From the NCBI GenBank assembly GCA_973895155.1, contig OZ316894.1:310001-374000 (forward strand): a DNA stretch of 64,000 nucleotides. The letters are read 5' to 3'. Below, in pieces: positions 12,101 to 22,705 of this stretch. Position 1 is the stretch's first letter. Each line of letters begins with the position of its first letter. The notes under the pieces were generated by a model. The model made no database searches and had not been told where the DNA came from. It worked only from the letters and a program-made list of their open reading frames with translations. This DNA is from Marsupella aquatica (taxonomy: Eukaryota > Plantae > Marchantiophyta). The position numbers were made by a program, and so were the translations under genes.

Positions 12101-13445
12101 TCAAGCCCAACTAGATGAAGCCAAAATGGGTGTACGGTGAAAAGGATACTGATTTCGTGGTTGAGAAGGTCAAGGGAAAGGGAAAGGCAAAGAACGCGGA
12201 TGAGGAGTCATTGCATGAAGATCTAAGAAATATGATGACCCCAGAAGAGGCGGCAATACTTCTGCACATGGCACCTCGATTTGAGACTGTCGGCGCTCGG
12301 GGTGGGTGGGTGAATCCTCACGCCAAACCCACACGGATGATCCAAAAGATCATCCAAACATTGTCCGAGCCGGGGGATTTGATTCTTGACTTTTTCTCTG
12401 GCGGTCTAGTGATGAAGGCATCCCTTTTTCCTCAACGTGAATGTTTTGTTTATTGTGACTCTCAACATGAGAGACATTTTGTGGAAGCATACGCTTCGTT
12501 CCTTTGTGAGAAGGTTCCCACCATCAAAGATCGTTATGATCGCTATTTTGGTGGAAGTTCTAGACATTGGAAACCCTCTTCTGCCATTGTTGCTATTGAG
12601 GATGAATCAGATGGTGATCAAGAAGATGGAGCTGACCAATCAGTCAAAGACGATGGGCCATCGGAGGGGGCATACGTGAAGAATTTGGATGACCGAGTTG
12701 GCGAGGGTGAAAATATTGACCTTGTAGAAGACGATATGATTGTTGGATCTGCACCTTGCAGTTCACCAATTACAGATGTTGCCCCCATGGGCCCCAATGA
12801 GGGCCAGTATGATGATAACTTGGATAGAGATGGTCTCCATCCACAAGTGCCTGGACAAGAGATGGAAGTTGATACTTTTGAAAAAATTCTTCAAACAACC
12901 TTCTCAATCAAGGTGCGGAGAGGCATGGTGAGTCCAATGAACTCGACACATTGGGATTGAGACCACAGCCCATCCAAATAGCTGACATTCCCGTGAATGA
13001 AGCAAGTGCATCCACGACTGCTGACAACCAGGCAGGTGCTTCAATTTGTCCCGATACACTCTTTTTCGCTTCTGATGACAAATTGGTGTTTGTTCGATCA
13101 CAATCAAGAAGTCCCGTTATCCTTCCACTCTCAAAAAAGAAAGGGAAGAGAGTAGGATCAACTGGATATAAGTCACTTGAATATGATTGTCGATGTTATG
13201 TGTGGAAAAGTGGACCCAATGTAGGAACTGAAGTTGTGTTGGATGCTGCTCAATCAATTTTGAACAATGACTCGTACAAAAAGCACAAGAAAGATCCAAC
13301 TTATAGAAGTGGAGAATTGGGATTGATAACTCCGGTTTGGTCTGCACCTTATTGGGTAGAGGAGAGTACCTCCGATGTCAATTATGAGATCCAACAAGAA
13401 CTTGGTGATGATATCTTGATTGATGAATATGGATCGCATTGTTAG
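9195..13445 (+). pseudogene. Multidomain protein: ParB/Srx-like domain plus beta-class N4C/N6A DNA methyltransferase-like fold (disrupted)
   Basis: Joins ORFs 9369-9839, 9878-10210, 10259-10688, 11080-11725 and 12115-13445. ParB-like IPVEKIMP...YRML...HVKHIAESM...FAISGQHSARA. MTase-like NPHAKPTRMIQKIIQTLSEPGDLILDFFSGG. Several in-frame stops and frameshifts. Confidence 0.65.
10800..11073 (+). other. Probable GT-AG intron containing three palindrome copies
   Basis: Donor ag|GTGAGA, acceptor tttttactgTAG|. Palindromes tggacagagatggtctctgtcca and variants at ~10821, 10899 and 10977. Confidence 0.65.
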
Positions 13446-13600
13446 CCAAAGTCTAGATTGAGCGATGTGACCTTATCAATTTGATATAATATAGTCTGTA
13501 TAATTATACTTCAAGTTTAACAATTAGAGCATCAGTATCAATATCCATCTCCTCTTTACGGTTTCTCAATGAATCTGATCAGTATGCAGATATATTTTCT

Positions 13601-14734
13601 TTGTGGTTGGCCACTTGTGTTGGATTGACAAAGATGATCTCTATCCAAACTTCAAATGTGGTTTTATCTCTAAGATTGGTATTTGTTGCACTTGCAGAAC
13701 CAAGACCTTGTTCCATCAAGCGCAAATTGCTGATTTTGGATCTTAACAAAATACTTTGGGATTCAGTTGAATTCCAAAGCAAGGGCAAATCCAGAAATGT
13801 TGTGATCCTAAGTGGAGTGCATTGGGATAGAAAAAATGGAATTAGTCGCATGTACACAGAAAGGCCAGGGCTCCATGAGTTTCTAAAGTTGGTTTTTGAC
13901 CAATTTGACGTTGCAATTTGGACATGTGTTGGGGTACATCGAACAGTGAAAATGCTGAACATGATGTTCACTGCTGAGGAGCGGTTGAAACTTAAGTTTG
14001 TATTCACAGAGGTGGAAGCCTTTGACACAGGCATTCAAAGGCGTGACATTACAAACGGAAAGGCAAATGTGCTACTGAAGGATTTTCGGGTGGTATGGAG
14101 TGGATTTGGAAATCTATATGATGAAACCAACACCCTCCTTGTGGATGACTCCCCCCTTAAGGCATTTGCCAACCCAAGCATGACCGGACTATTTCCAGTG
14201 CCCTACACGCATGCCAATGGTGGAGATAATTTTCTTCTAACAATTCTTTGGCCTTGTCTTGAGAAACTATCCCATGCAAGTGACATTAGATGTTATCTTC
14301 TTCTTAACTCTCCACTGTGGTCTCTATTGCACATAAAGAGAGACAAGGTAAAAAATGGAATTACTTATGATAAACTTAGTAAGAGATGTGCAACAAAAAT
14401 TTGGAAGTCACAGTTTACGCATAGTGTGTTGGACCTCAATAGCAATGAGATTCCTTGGAACGTGAAGCATTGTATATGTAGTTTACGTCCTGAGGCAGAA
14501 CTTGACGATGCACTTGTCACGTCACTTGCTAAAGCATTTGTAGGAAGGGACTATTCAGGTCCGCATAGAGAAAATCCCAGACACTTTTTGCGGGAGATTA
14601 TAGCCATTAGGAACAACACCACCAAGTTTCAGCTCCCTAAAGATAAAGGGGCTTGCAACCGTGACACTAGGGTAGATAGTAAAGGAGACAGGGGCACGTG
14701 CTCAAATACACATTGTAAGGAGCACTTTGTTTAG
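13601..14734 (+). CDS. FCP1/NIF-type HAD phosphatase-like protein
   Basis: KLLILDLNKIL, RPGLHEFL...FDVAIWT, LLKDFRVVW, NTLLVDDSPLKAFANP. ORF is uninterrupted. The true 5' end is probably spliced (cttgcag at 13698). Confidence 0.8.
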   Translation: MWLATCVGLTKMISIQTSNVVLSLRLVFVALAEPRPCSIKRKLLILDLNKILWDSVEFQSKGKSRNVVILSGVHWDRKNGISRMYTERPGLHEFLKLVFDQFDVAIWTCVGVHRTVKMLNMMFTAEERLKLKFVFTEVEAFDTGIQRRDITNGKANVLLKDFRVVWSGFGNLYDETNTLLVDDSPLKAFANPSMTGLFPVPYTHANGGDNFLLTILWPCLEKLSHASDIRCYLLLNSPLWSLLHIKRDKVKNGITYDKLSKRCATKIWKSQFTHSVLDLNSNEIPWNVKHCICSLRPEAELDDALVTSLAKAFVGRDYSGPHRENPRHFLREIIAIRNNTTKFQLPKDKGACNRDTRVDSKGDRGTCSNTHCKEHFV

Positions 14735-15004
14735 AGATCTGACTCATGTTAAGCCCCTTAGATAGAAGAAATACATTGTAAATTTGGAGATAATTGTATA
14801 TTATTTTATAATCTATTTGGAGTTATGTCATTTTGTTCACACATATTCAAGGGTTTCTTTGTGCTGAAATGTTTTTATAAGTATGATCTCTATCCTACTA
14901 TTCTTTGTGAATTCATAAATAATGATCTCTATCCTATTATTCCTTGTGAATCAATAAATGATATAATATGTATTATTTATTAATATAATACTAATAGGAT
15001 TTGG

Positions 15005-15090
15005 CCTATAAAGTGTACATTTAGAGACCAAAAAGTGTACATTTGGGTTTCTTAAAGTGTATATTTGGGGACATGAAAGTGTACATTTCA
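15005..15090. repeat. AAAGTGTACATTT array (4 copies)
   Basis: Same motif and orientation as 1-245. Lies just upstream of the MULE-like gene. Confidence 0.8.
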
Positions 15091-15154
15091 AGACTGATTT
15101 ATGAACAAAAGAAAATACACTTTTAATGAATAGGCTGATTGCGGGAGATTTGAT

Positions 15155-16427
15155 TTGAAGATGAATGATATTGAGGCCATTGTTCAAGAGCTCGAAACCA
15201 GTGATGACATTGAAGATGCAGCAACATTCAATGTGGATGATGGTGAACGGTTTTGGCATCTATACGCAGGGATTTTGTACTCACTTCGAGTAAGACAACA
15301 TGAAGGACTGTCCAGTGTCCCCCAAGTTCTATTTGATGTTGTCAAGATTTCTTCTAGTGAGGATGGAGATCACACTCCAAGTCCTACGTTGAAGATGAAA
15401 GTCCCGCAACATGCTGTCGTTAAAGGTGAGACTCCAGGAAGCTCCAACCAGTTGGAGGTCATGTATCGGCGGAGTGCAATGGATACGTTACTCAAATCCA
15501 CTGGTCATAGCGAGTTATCAAGGTTCATATCAGCGGGTGATTTTAGACATGAGCAAGTCTCCTATCTGCCAACTAAGTATAATGGGAACGTCGTGTTTGA
15601 ATTGCCACCCATTGGCAAGATGCTCTCTAAAGGCTCTAGGCTTAGGGACATGGACCTGCCAAAGATTGCTACATTTGGACACGCATATTTCCAACTACCG
15701 CGAACGTTCAGTCAAAAAAACTTTGGCAATTCGATAAGGTTACCTGTACGGGATTTATTGAATGTCAGAACGAGTCCTACGAGTACTTCCAAAGGAAGAA
15801 GAAGGCAAATGCTAAGGCATGGCAGGGTACTCCAAAGCTTAGTGGTCAGTATGCTGTCGGATCTTTTATCGAAGAGGGCGGTGTTGTGTGTCATTATTGT
15901 GATCAGATTCCTTTTTGTGTCAAGTACTGCCCTGCCCGTTTGTTCTATACGTACCCGCAAGTATTACTTGATGCGGAAACATGTAGTCATATGTCCCGCC
16001 TGGAAGTTCATATAGGTGAGCATAACCATCCAGGTAGAAAAACCTTCTGTAGGAGTGCGGAGAAGATGGCTGAGGATTTAATTAAAAAAAATCATGAAGC
16101 CAATCCTCTGGCAACACCAGCTGGGAGCTTGAATTCAGGGTCCATAGTGAAAGCTCTCTGCGAACATGTTGACGACATGGTCGATATCAAAGACACTGAA
16201 ATATGGAAGTCTCTGATGGTACTTTCCACTCCCCAGAAGTTTGCATCTCTTTTTTGGAGCGTTAGGATAGACCAAAAGGGTCGGGGTGAACTAGATTTTC
16301 TCTCGCAAATGCAGAAGAGGATTAACTTGTCGTTTCTCCAGAGGTATTTGCTCCCGGGTCAGGGATGTCAAGACAACAGGCCTCACATCTTTAAAATGAC
16401 CACGAAGGGTCACGGTTCCGGTGTGGA
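15155..16427 (+). pseudogene. MULE-like transposase, 5' part (GCM/WRKY-like Zn domain)
   Basis: YLPTKYNGNVVFELPP, CHYC...CPAR...HIGEHNHP, FKMTTKGHGSGVD. Reads in frame into 28378 once the insertion is removed. Confidence 0.8.
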
Positions 16428-18142
16428 TGTAATAGCTCTCTAAATTAGAAACTTAGAAATAATGAAAAATTTTAAAAATTTTGGAGTTAGAAATAGATTA
16501 AACATAGCCAATTAATCTACTTTTAGATATAATTAATCCGTGGACCCCCATGTTCATCCAAGGAATGTGTGTGTGATTAAGTGAAATCAATTTTCATCAA
16601 GGCAAAAACCGACGGTTTTGAGTCTCCCGATGTTGTTGGTGTGTGCTCATACAAAAACAAATGCTCAAAAGATAGAGATTTATCAAACGGAAGGTTGAAT
16701 GTGGAGCAATTGAGTTTTTTGATAGGTTTTGCTCACACACTGGAGAAATAATCTTTCAACCATTCTTGATTGATTGTTTGTGAGTTACATTGAGCATTAC
16801 CGCCACAAGACAGAGTGGAGCACAACACTCAACTGTTGGCAAAAAAACGCTTGTCGATTTGGTGGGAAGAACACACAAAATGAACGAGCCATCACTTCAC
16901 ACAAAGTATTTGTAATTGTTTTATTTAAGAAAGCTATGGTGTGAGGGGAAGACCGACAATTGTTTCTTTGACATAGAGGCTGCATTTGGCATCAACCTAT
17001 GTTCAGAGTGAGCTTTAGTTGAAGACTATCTAAGAGATGCGAACAATTCAAGCCGGGAAGCAAGCATTGTAGACAAGCGATGGCGACGTAATCAAAGAAA
17101 TCAATTTGTAGCGGCTAAGTTTGTGACGGTGACAAGATTGTGATATCTCTTAATCGAGAAAGGGTTTCCAATGAGCCTCAAATTGACAAATTTTGTCAAG
17201 TTCCATATTGTTCAACTTCGTAACAATCATCACACTCTTTACTCCTTCCTATCCTCTTATACATGGGTGGTTACTAAGGCGGTTAATAGTGTAACTGCCT
17301 TAGTCCTAACCCTTTTGGGTAGACCTAGTCTAAGGAGTTATAACACTCCCCCTTGGATGCGACTTTTATGTCTAGAAAAGATGCAGACATCCATGGTCTA
17401 CCTAAAGTAATAATTGAATTATTTGATTGGTCTATAGTAGTATCTGATGGGGTATTGTGGTAGGGGTGTAGCCTCATTAAAACCTCCCCTTCTTACTGAT
17501 GGGAGGAAAGAGTGTTACCACCCCTCCATTATAGATTAAGAGTAAGGGGAGTATTGTGGGTTCGTATACCCATTTATTTGTGGCAATGTTTGTGTAACAC
17601 TAATTCGTATGAAAGTGTCTTCGTAAAAAGAATGAGTTGTTGTCATCCTGTGAAACAGTCGATGTTGTGTGTATGGAACGGGAGATTAGGTTTCGGGTTC
17701 GTACAGACTGCCTTCGACGTGTGAGCTCGCGGTCGTTAGTTACTTGAAAATGAAGCGAAGTGTAGTGTCCTCCGGCTTGAAGTGTTTTATGTGGAGGGGT
17801 CAGTGATCGGGATTCCTGAGCTGCTCTGTAGTCGTGCTCAATGTTTTAGTATGCACAAAGTGTTGGGAGATCAGGTCGGTGCGCAAGTGTTGATCAGTGA
17901 ACTCGGATGCACCGTGGCATCGATGGTTGAAGGTTGACGGATAGTAGTTAGCGCGTTGTGGTTTGTGCTCTGCTGGTGCTATCTTCGGTGTTCAGCTGCG
18001 TTTGCTCGTTTGAGTTCCGGTTGGCTGTGTATGCAGTCTCATGTGTTCGGTGAAGTGTCGTCGAGTGGGGTCGTGCGAAGCTCTTGTTGGTTGTTCTCTG
18101 TTCGTCCTTGCTGTCTGCTTTCGGTAAGCTTGTTCCTCCCCC

Positions 18143-19720
18143 TCAGTTTTGAAAGGTTGTTCTTTGCGCATTTTCCTGTATAAATTCCGACAGGCTATGC
18201 ATTCCGATTGATCTGGTTAGTGTTTTATGTACGATTGGAGGCAAAGGTTTCGTGAATAAGTCTGCTGAGTTTTCTGAACTCAGGATCCATTGTACGTCTA
18301 TCATGTCGCCTAGCTGCTCATGTGCAAAAAAGAATTTTGGGGCTATGTGTTTGGTTCGATCACCTTTTATGAAACCAGCAGAAATCTGTTCGATGCAGGG
18401 CCGGTTATCTTCATAGATCACAGTTGGTGAACTCAGTTTAGGCATACCTGAGGTTTCTTGGATGTAATTGATCACGTTACGTAGCCATATGCATTCCCGA
18501 CTCACCTCGTAAAGGGCGATTATTTCTGAGTGATTGGAGGAGGTCGTGGTTAGAGTTTGTTTCGTGCTCCTCCACGATATCGCTGTAGGTCCGATCTTGA
18601 AGATGTACCCAGTCTGAGACTTTGCATCCGCTGGGTCTGATAAGTATCCTGCATCTGCAAATCCGGATAGTATGAAGTCTGTGTTGCTCTGAAAAAGAAG
18701 TCCATGGTCGATAGTGCCGCTCAGGTAACGCATTATCCTCTTTATCCCATTCCAGTGTCGAATAGTAGGTAATGAACTGTGGCATGCTAACAAGTTAACT
18801 GCGAAAGCGATGTCGGGGCAGGTTTGGGAAGCCAAGAAGAGCAGTGCCCCTATCGCCGACAAGTATGGCTTTTCGGAGCCAAGTAGTGGCTCTGCCTCTG
18901 TTCTCTTTCGGAATATGTCCTTGTCTTTGTCCAGTGACCGAAGGTCCATTGGAGACCTGACAGCTTTTGCCGTGTGCATATGAAATTGCTTCAACATGCG
19001 GCGAGTGTAAGTTGATTGGTGGAGGAGTATGCCCTGCTTGAGGTACTCGAACTGAAGGCCGAGGCAGAAAGCAGTTCTACCGAGATCTCTTATCTCAAAA
19101 ACCCTATTGAGTTTTTGGATTGTATCTTCCAGAATCTTTGGTGTTCCAAAAAGATTGAGGTCGTCTACATAAATCGCCACAATGATTATCTCTGTGCCTT
19201 CATGTTTGATGAACAGACAGGGTGTGAGCTCAGATGTTTTAAATCCCATTGCTAGCATTTCGTTTTTAAAGTGTTGGTACCAGGTACGTCCGCTTTGCTT
19301 CAAGCCATACATTGATCTCAAAACTTGAACAGCAAATTTAGTTCTTGCAGTAAGTGCTTTATGGTCTGTTGCTTTCCATCCAATCGCTTTAGCTGTGGTA
19401 TGTAGTACCGACTTATTTGTATGGCCAAAAGGGCCATCATTGTGGGCTGTATGCTCTTGTACTTTTGGCTCCCCCTGAAGGTGGTGATCCACTCGGGTTA
19501 GTAATTCGGGTGGGGCCTCCATATATATTATAGTGTCCAAATGGCCGTAGAGGTAAGCGATGACAATGTCCAGTTGATGCATTGTCAGGTTGTGGTGAAT
19601 GGCAAATGCTATTAGAATTCTATATGTAATCACATCCATGACTGGAGAGTAGGTTAAGTCATAATCTCTGCTAGGGATCTGGGTAAATCCCTTGGCCACC
19701 AGTCTAGCTTTGTATCTCAC
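18143..19720 (-). CDS. pol: Copia reverse transcriptase plus RNase H (pol fragment)
   Basis: RYKARLVAKGF, YGLKQSG, IYVDDL, IYEDN, KHIAPKFF, ADLFTK. Confidence 0.95.
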   Translation of the reverse strand: MRYKARLVAKGFTQIPSRDYDLTYSPVMDVITYRILIAFAIHHNLTMHQLDIVIAYLYGHLDTIIYMEAPPELLTRVDHHLQGEPKVQEHTAHNDGPFGHTNKSVLHTTAKAIGWKATDHKALTARTKFAVQVLRSMYGLKQSGRTWYQHFKNEMLAMGFKTSELTPCLFIKHEGTEIIIVAIYVDDLNLFGTPKILEDTIQKLNRVFEIRDLGRTAFCLGLQFEYLKQGILLHQSTYTRRMLKQFHMHTAKAVRSPMDLRSLDKDKDIFRKRTEAEPLLGSEKPYLSAIGALLFLASQTCPDIAFAVNLLACHSSLPTIRHWNGIKRIMRYLSGTIDHGLLFQSNTDFILSGFADAGYLSDPADAKSQTGYIFKIGPTAISWRSTKQTLTTTSSNHSEIIALYEVSRECIWLRNVINYIQETSGMPKLSSPTVIYEDNRPCIEQISAGFIKGDRTKHIAPKFFFAHEQLGDMIDVQWILSSENSADLFTKPLPPIVHKTLTRSIGMHSLSEFIQENAQRTTFQN

Positions 19721-19867
19721 GATCTCTCCTTGGGCATTTCTCTTCTTTATAAAGGTCCACTTGTAGCCGGTCAGATGTGTTTCAGGTGGGGCAGGCTTGA
19801 TGGGTCCGAATACCTGACGCGAGATTAAAGAATCCAGTTCCGAGTTTATGGCGTTCTGCCATTCATG

Positions 19868-21340
19868 CTAGTCTGCTTGGGCTCGGGCCTCAGTTATCGT
19901 TGCCGGGTCAGGTAACTCTCCCATTATTTCTTGCAAAATTTGATAGGCAAATAGATTGTTGATAGGGGTTGAGACTCTGTCTCTGATTTGGCCTGTGTAG
20001 TTATAGTTAATGGCAATCTCCTCATTTTCTGTTGTGATAGGTGGTGTGGGTTGTGGGTGTGCGGATGCAGGTGGGTTCTGTGGTCTTCTTTGCCGAGGCT
20101 GTTTGTCCCCGGCTCCAGGTGGTCGGCCCCTTTTCTTCTTTGGTTCGGTTGTTGTTGCTGGTTTTGTCGTTATATCGATTCGGGATGGTGCCTTTGCGGC
20201 TGGTACATGTGACCTGGTTACTTTTGCCACGTCTGCGAATGAATCTGGGAGTTCATCCATGATTCTAGTGAGGTGTAGGATGCGTTGGACCTCGGTATCT
20301 GTTTGGGCAGATCTCGGGTCATTCCAGAATTGTGAATTGATGTGCCAAGTGAGGTCCTTTTTTAGTACAGCTTTATTCTCCTGGTCTGAGGTTAATTTCG
20401 GGAATATCTCTTCATAGAAGTGACAGTCCGCGAATCTCGCCTTGTATACGTCAGCTGTAGTTGGCTCTAGATATCGTATTATCGATGTGGAATCGAATCC
20501 TATGTATATACCCTTCTGCCTCTGGGGTCCAAGCTTGGTGCGTTTGGGTCCCATGATGGGCACCAGGACTTGGCACCCAAAGGTGCGGAGGTGAGCCAAG
20601 TTAGGTGCAACGCCGAATGCCAGATGGTGAGGTGAGCTGGCATTGAAAGCTGATGGTCTGTATCTTAGTAAGGCGGCAGCGTGTATGATAGCGTGGCCCC
20701 AGGCAGATTGTGGTAGATTGCTCTGCATGATTAGTGGTCTCGCTATTGTTTGGAGCCTTTTAATCAGGGATTCGGCTATCCCATTTTGGAAGTGCACATA
20801 GGCAACAGGATATTCTACTTCTATCCCAGATGCAGTGCAGAAGTCATCAAATGTCTGGGATGTAAACTCCCCGACATTATCGACTCTTAATGTCTTGATT
20901 GGGTAGTCCGGGAACTGAGCTTTTAATCGCAGGATGTGAGCCAGTACTCTGGAGAAAACTAGGTTACGTGTTGAGAGAAGTGAAACTTGGGACCATTTGG
21001 AGGAGGCATCGATAGTGACTAAGAAGAAGCGGAATGGACCATTGGGGGGGGGGTCAACTGGGCCACACACATCGGCTTGGATTCGCTCTAAAAATCGTGG
21101 TATATTTTTGTCTGTGGTTGAGGGGGATGGTTTCATGGTGAGTTTTCCTTGTGAGCAGGCTAGACATTGAGTTTTCATTGAGGTTGGGTGTACTGTGTTT
21201 GGTATACCGTGCGTATCTTTGATGATCTTGTGAAACATCTGTGTGCCTGGGTGTCCCAGGCGTCGGTGCCAGATGTCCACGGATGGCAGTGCAGGAATAT
21301 GCGTGTGGAAGGTATGTATTTTTATGGCATAAAAACCCAT
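19868..21340 (-). CDS. pol: Copia integrase (pol fragment)
   Basis: WHRRLGHPG, FLERIQADVCGP, LRVDNVGEF, QNGIAES. Premature stop at 19868. Confidence 0.92.
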   Translation of the reverse strand: MGFYAIKIHTFHTHIPALPSVDIWHRRLGHPGTQMFHKIIKDTHGIPNTVHPTSMKTQCLACSQGKLTMKPSPSTTDKNIPRFLERIQADVCGPVDPPPNGPFRFFLVTIDASSKWSQVSLLSTRNLVFSRVLAHILRLKAQFPDYPIKTLRVDNVGEFTSQTFDDFCTASGIEVEYPVAYVHFQNGIAESLIKRLQTIARPLIMQSNLPQSAWGHAIIHAAALLRYRPSAFNASSPHHLAFGVAPNLAHLRTFGCQVLVPIMGPKRTKLGPQRQKGIYIGFDSTSIIRYLEPTTADVYKARFADCHFYEEIFPKLTSDQENKAVLKKDLTWHINSQFWNDPRSAQTDTEVQRILHLTRIMDELPDSFADVAKVTRSHVPAAKAPSRIDITTKPATTTEPKKKRGRPPGAGDKQPRQRRPQNPPASAHPQPTPPITTENEEIAINYNYTGQIRDRVSTPINNLFAYQILQEIMGELPDPATITEARAQAD

Positions 21341-21451
21341 TGGAAAAGCTGTGAGCGTTTCCTTAATTTCTATGCCGTTTTGCGTCTTAGCTATGAGCTG
21401 TAGTACTTCTCTGGAATTGTGGGTACTAGTATGGATGTGGAGGCCATTTTC

Positions 21452-22705
21452 TCAGATGTCTCTGAAACTCAATAAGTTACGTGTGGCTTTTGGTGCGTAG
21501 ATGGCCGATTGGATATGGATCACGGTTCCCTTAGACAGTATTAGTGTGGCTGGCCTGTTGCCTTCTTCCAGCTGATGGTTTCCCATAATCGTGGTGACTC
21601 TCCGTTGGGATGGGTTAATGTATTTGAAGTAGGTTTTGAGTCTCAGGATTGAATGGGAAGTCCCACTGTCGAGTATACAATAGTTGGGATCTTCTAGTGC
21701 TTTAGATGTGTCCAACGGAAGGACAGTATGTATTTCAGGTAAGACTTCTGGGGTCTCTAAGAATGTGCCGTAAGTTTCATACTCAGGAGTATTGATGTTC
21801 TTTTGGTATAGGGCCACGAGGTGAGCCGGTGCTCGACATTCCTTCCTAATATGCCCTCTTGTTCCACATCGATGACAAGTGAGTGGGTTATCGGACTTAT
21901 CTGAATTTGTGGTGGTCCTTGTCCAGTTGTTGCGAGTTCTTCCCGGATTTGATCGGCCACGTCCCCTGCCTCCACGGGACATGCTCCTTCCCCCTCGTTG
22001 GGAGTAGTATCCTCGGCCACAAAAGGTATTCCTCCCTCTGCTGCTCCCTCTTCCCCGGAATGATGTACTACTGCATCGCCATGTATTGAAGTGAGTTTCG
22101 GCTTGAGGTTGAGGTGGTAGAGTGCCTAGGGGTCGCTGCTTAGTGTTCTGCAATAGTAAGATTTGATGTTTCTCTGCCAACAACATGTGTGAGATCAATT
22201 CCGAGTAGGTTGTAAATCGCATGTTTCGGTATTGAGTTGATAATACCAGATTTGTTGAGTGGAAGGTCGATAAAGTCTTTTCGATTTGTTCTTCGTCATT
22301 GACCGGGTGGCCGCAAATCGCCAATTGGGAGACGATGCGAAAAAGTTCGCTGTTGTATTCAGTGATAGTTTTATGGTCCTGCACGCGAAGATTAATCCAA
22401 TCATGCCTTGCTGCTGGCAGGAAAATGGTTCGGGTGTGATCAAATCGAGAATGTAATTCGTCCCAAAGAATTTGGGGATTGTACGCATTCATGTACTGGC
22501 GTTTTAGGGAATCGACCAGATGGTGTCGAATCAAGATCAACACCTTGGCCTTCTCCTGGAGGGTGGGGCCATTGTCAGTTATGACAGTGTCCTCTAAATT
22601 CTTAGATGCCAAATGTGCCTCAACGTCTAGAGTCCAGGATAGGAAATTGGCGCCACCTATAGATAGCGCCTGGAAGTATAATTTCTCAATTGTATTTGCG
22701 GCCAT
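21452..22705 (-). CDS. gag: Copia gag (CCHC knuckle) plus protease
   Basis: CHRCGTRGHIRKEC and CILDSGTSHSIL. Ends at an in-frame TGA. Confidence 0.9.
   Translation of the reverse strand: MAANTIEKLYFQALSIGGANFLSWTLDVEAHLASKNLEDTVITDNGPTLQEKAKVLILIRHHLVDSLKRQYMNAYNPQILWDELHSRFDHTRTIFLPAARHDWINLRVQDHKTITEYNSELFRIVSQLAICGHPVNDEEQIEKTLSTFHSTNLVLSTQYRNMRFTTYSELISHMLLAEKHQILLLQNTKQRPLGTLPPQPQAETHFNTWRCSSTSFRGRGSSRGRNTFCGRGYYSQRGGRSMSRGGRGRGRSNPGRTRNNWTRTTTNSDKSDNPLTCHRCGTRGHIRKECRAPAHLVALYQKNINTPEYETYGTFLETPEVLPEIHTVLPLDTSKALEDPNYCILDSGTSHSILRLKTYFKYINPSQRRVTTIMGNHQLEEGNRPATLILSKGTVIHIQSAIYAPKATRNLLSFRDI

Noticed and set aside
12115-12500. Active bacterial restriction-modification methylase or contamination
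   Set aside because: The gene has an intron and stops, sits among plant TEs, lacks DPPY/SPPY and has no nuclease partner.
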